The position numbers were made by a program, and so were the translations under genes. The notes below the pieces were generated by a model, which was given only the letters and a program-made list of their open reading frames with translations, had not been told where the DNA came from and did no database searches. A stretch of DNA of 64,000 nucleotides from Candidatus Bathyarchaeota archaeon (GTDB taxonomy: Archaea > Thermoproteota > Bathyarchaeia > 40CM-2-53-6): contig CAVPLU010000004.1 of the NCBI GenBank assembly GCA_963706285.1, forward strand, positions 160,001 through 224,000, read 5' to 3'. Each line of letters starts with the position of its first letter. The first letter of the stretch is position 1. Below, one piece after another: positions 63,741-64,000 of this stretch.

Positions 63741-64000
63741 GGATCGCCCTCTTCTGAGACGCCTATGACAATGGAGTGCTATTATAAATCCGCTTGCCGT
63801 ATGCATGGTCATCTTCGGCGTTTCCGTCTGCAAATCTCTACGGATTGTCAACATTCGCTTGGAATATCTTGTGGTAATGAATCGCTCACTCCTTTATCTC
63901 CGATCACAACTGTCCGATGCTGATCGGATTGATGGAAGAGCCGAGAACCGAGACCAACCTGTCGCGAGAGGCTTGACCACGAGATGAAAGATCCTATATG

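Overview
Archaeal chromosomal segment, most likely TACK and probably Candidatus Bathyarchaeia. This is inferred from the archaeal r-proteins S19e/L39e/L31e/LX, Nep1, Spt5, archaeal DtdA, multi-intron tRNAs and an MtmB/corrinoid pair. Most of the window is housekeeping: sdhAB, a translation super-operon, alaS, leuS, the aspartate-to-threonine pathway, gltA, pgk, rpiA and thiL. Most notable: (1) an unannotated 22-aa Thr-rich leader ORF (9 Thr) with its own TATA box and SD, directly upstream of thrC-hom-asd-lysC, resembling a thrL-like amino-acid-sensing uORF in an archaeon; (2) a translationally coupled 3-gene unit in which a membrane protein ending in a 10-Cys (CAC)n tail precedes a PqqD/RRE-radical SAM-SPASM enzyme; (3) an ~11 kb inversion of the conserved rplX-pfdA-ftsY...secE-spt5-rpl11 block, carrying a mosaic island of Ig-like surface proteins with a near-identical 178-bp anchor repeat, a duplicated upstream element and paralogous LRWRW micropeptides; (4) four tRNAs with 9 BHB-type introns in total, including a triple-intron tRNA-Gly; (5) a pyrrolysine-free MtmB. 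About 13 single-base (+1) frameshifts, several in essential genes, are most likely sequencing errors. All family calls come from motif recognition by eye; no database searches were run.
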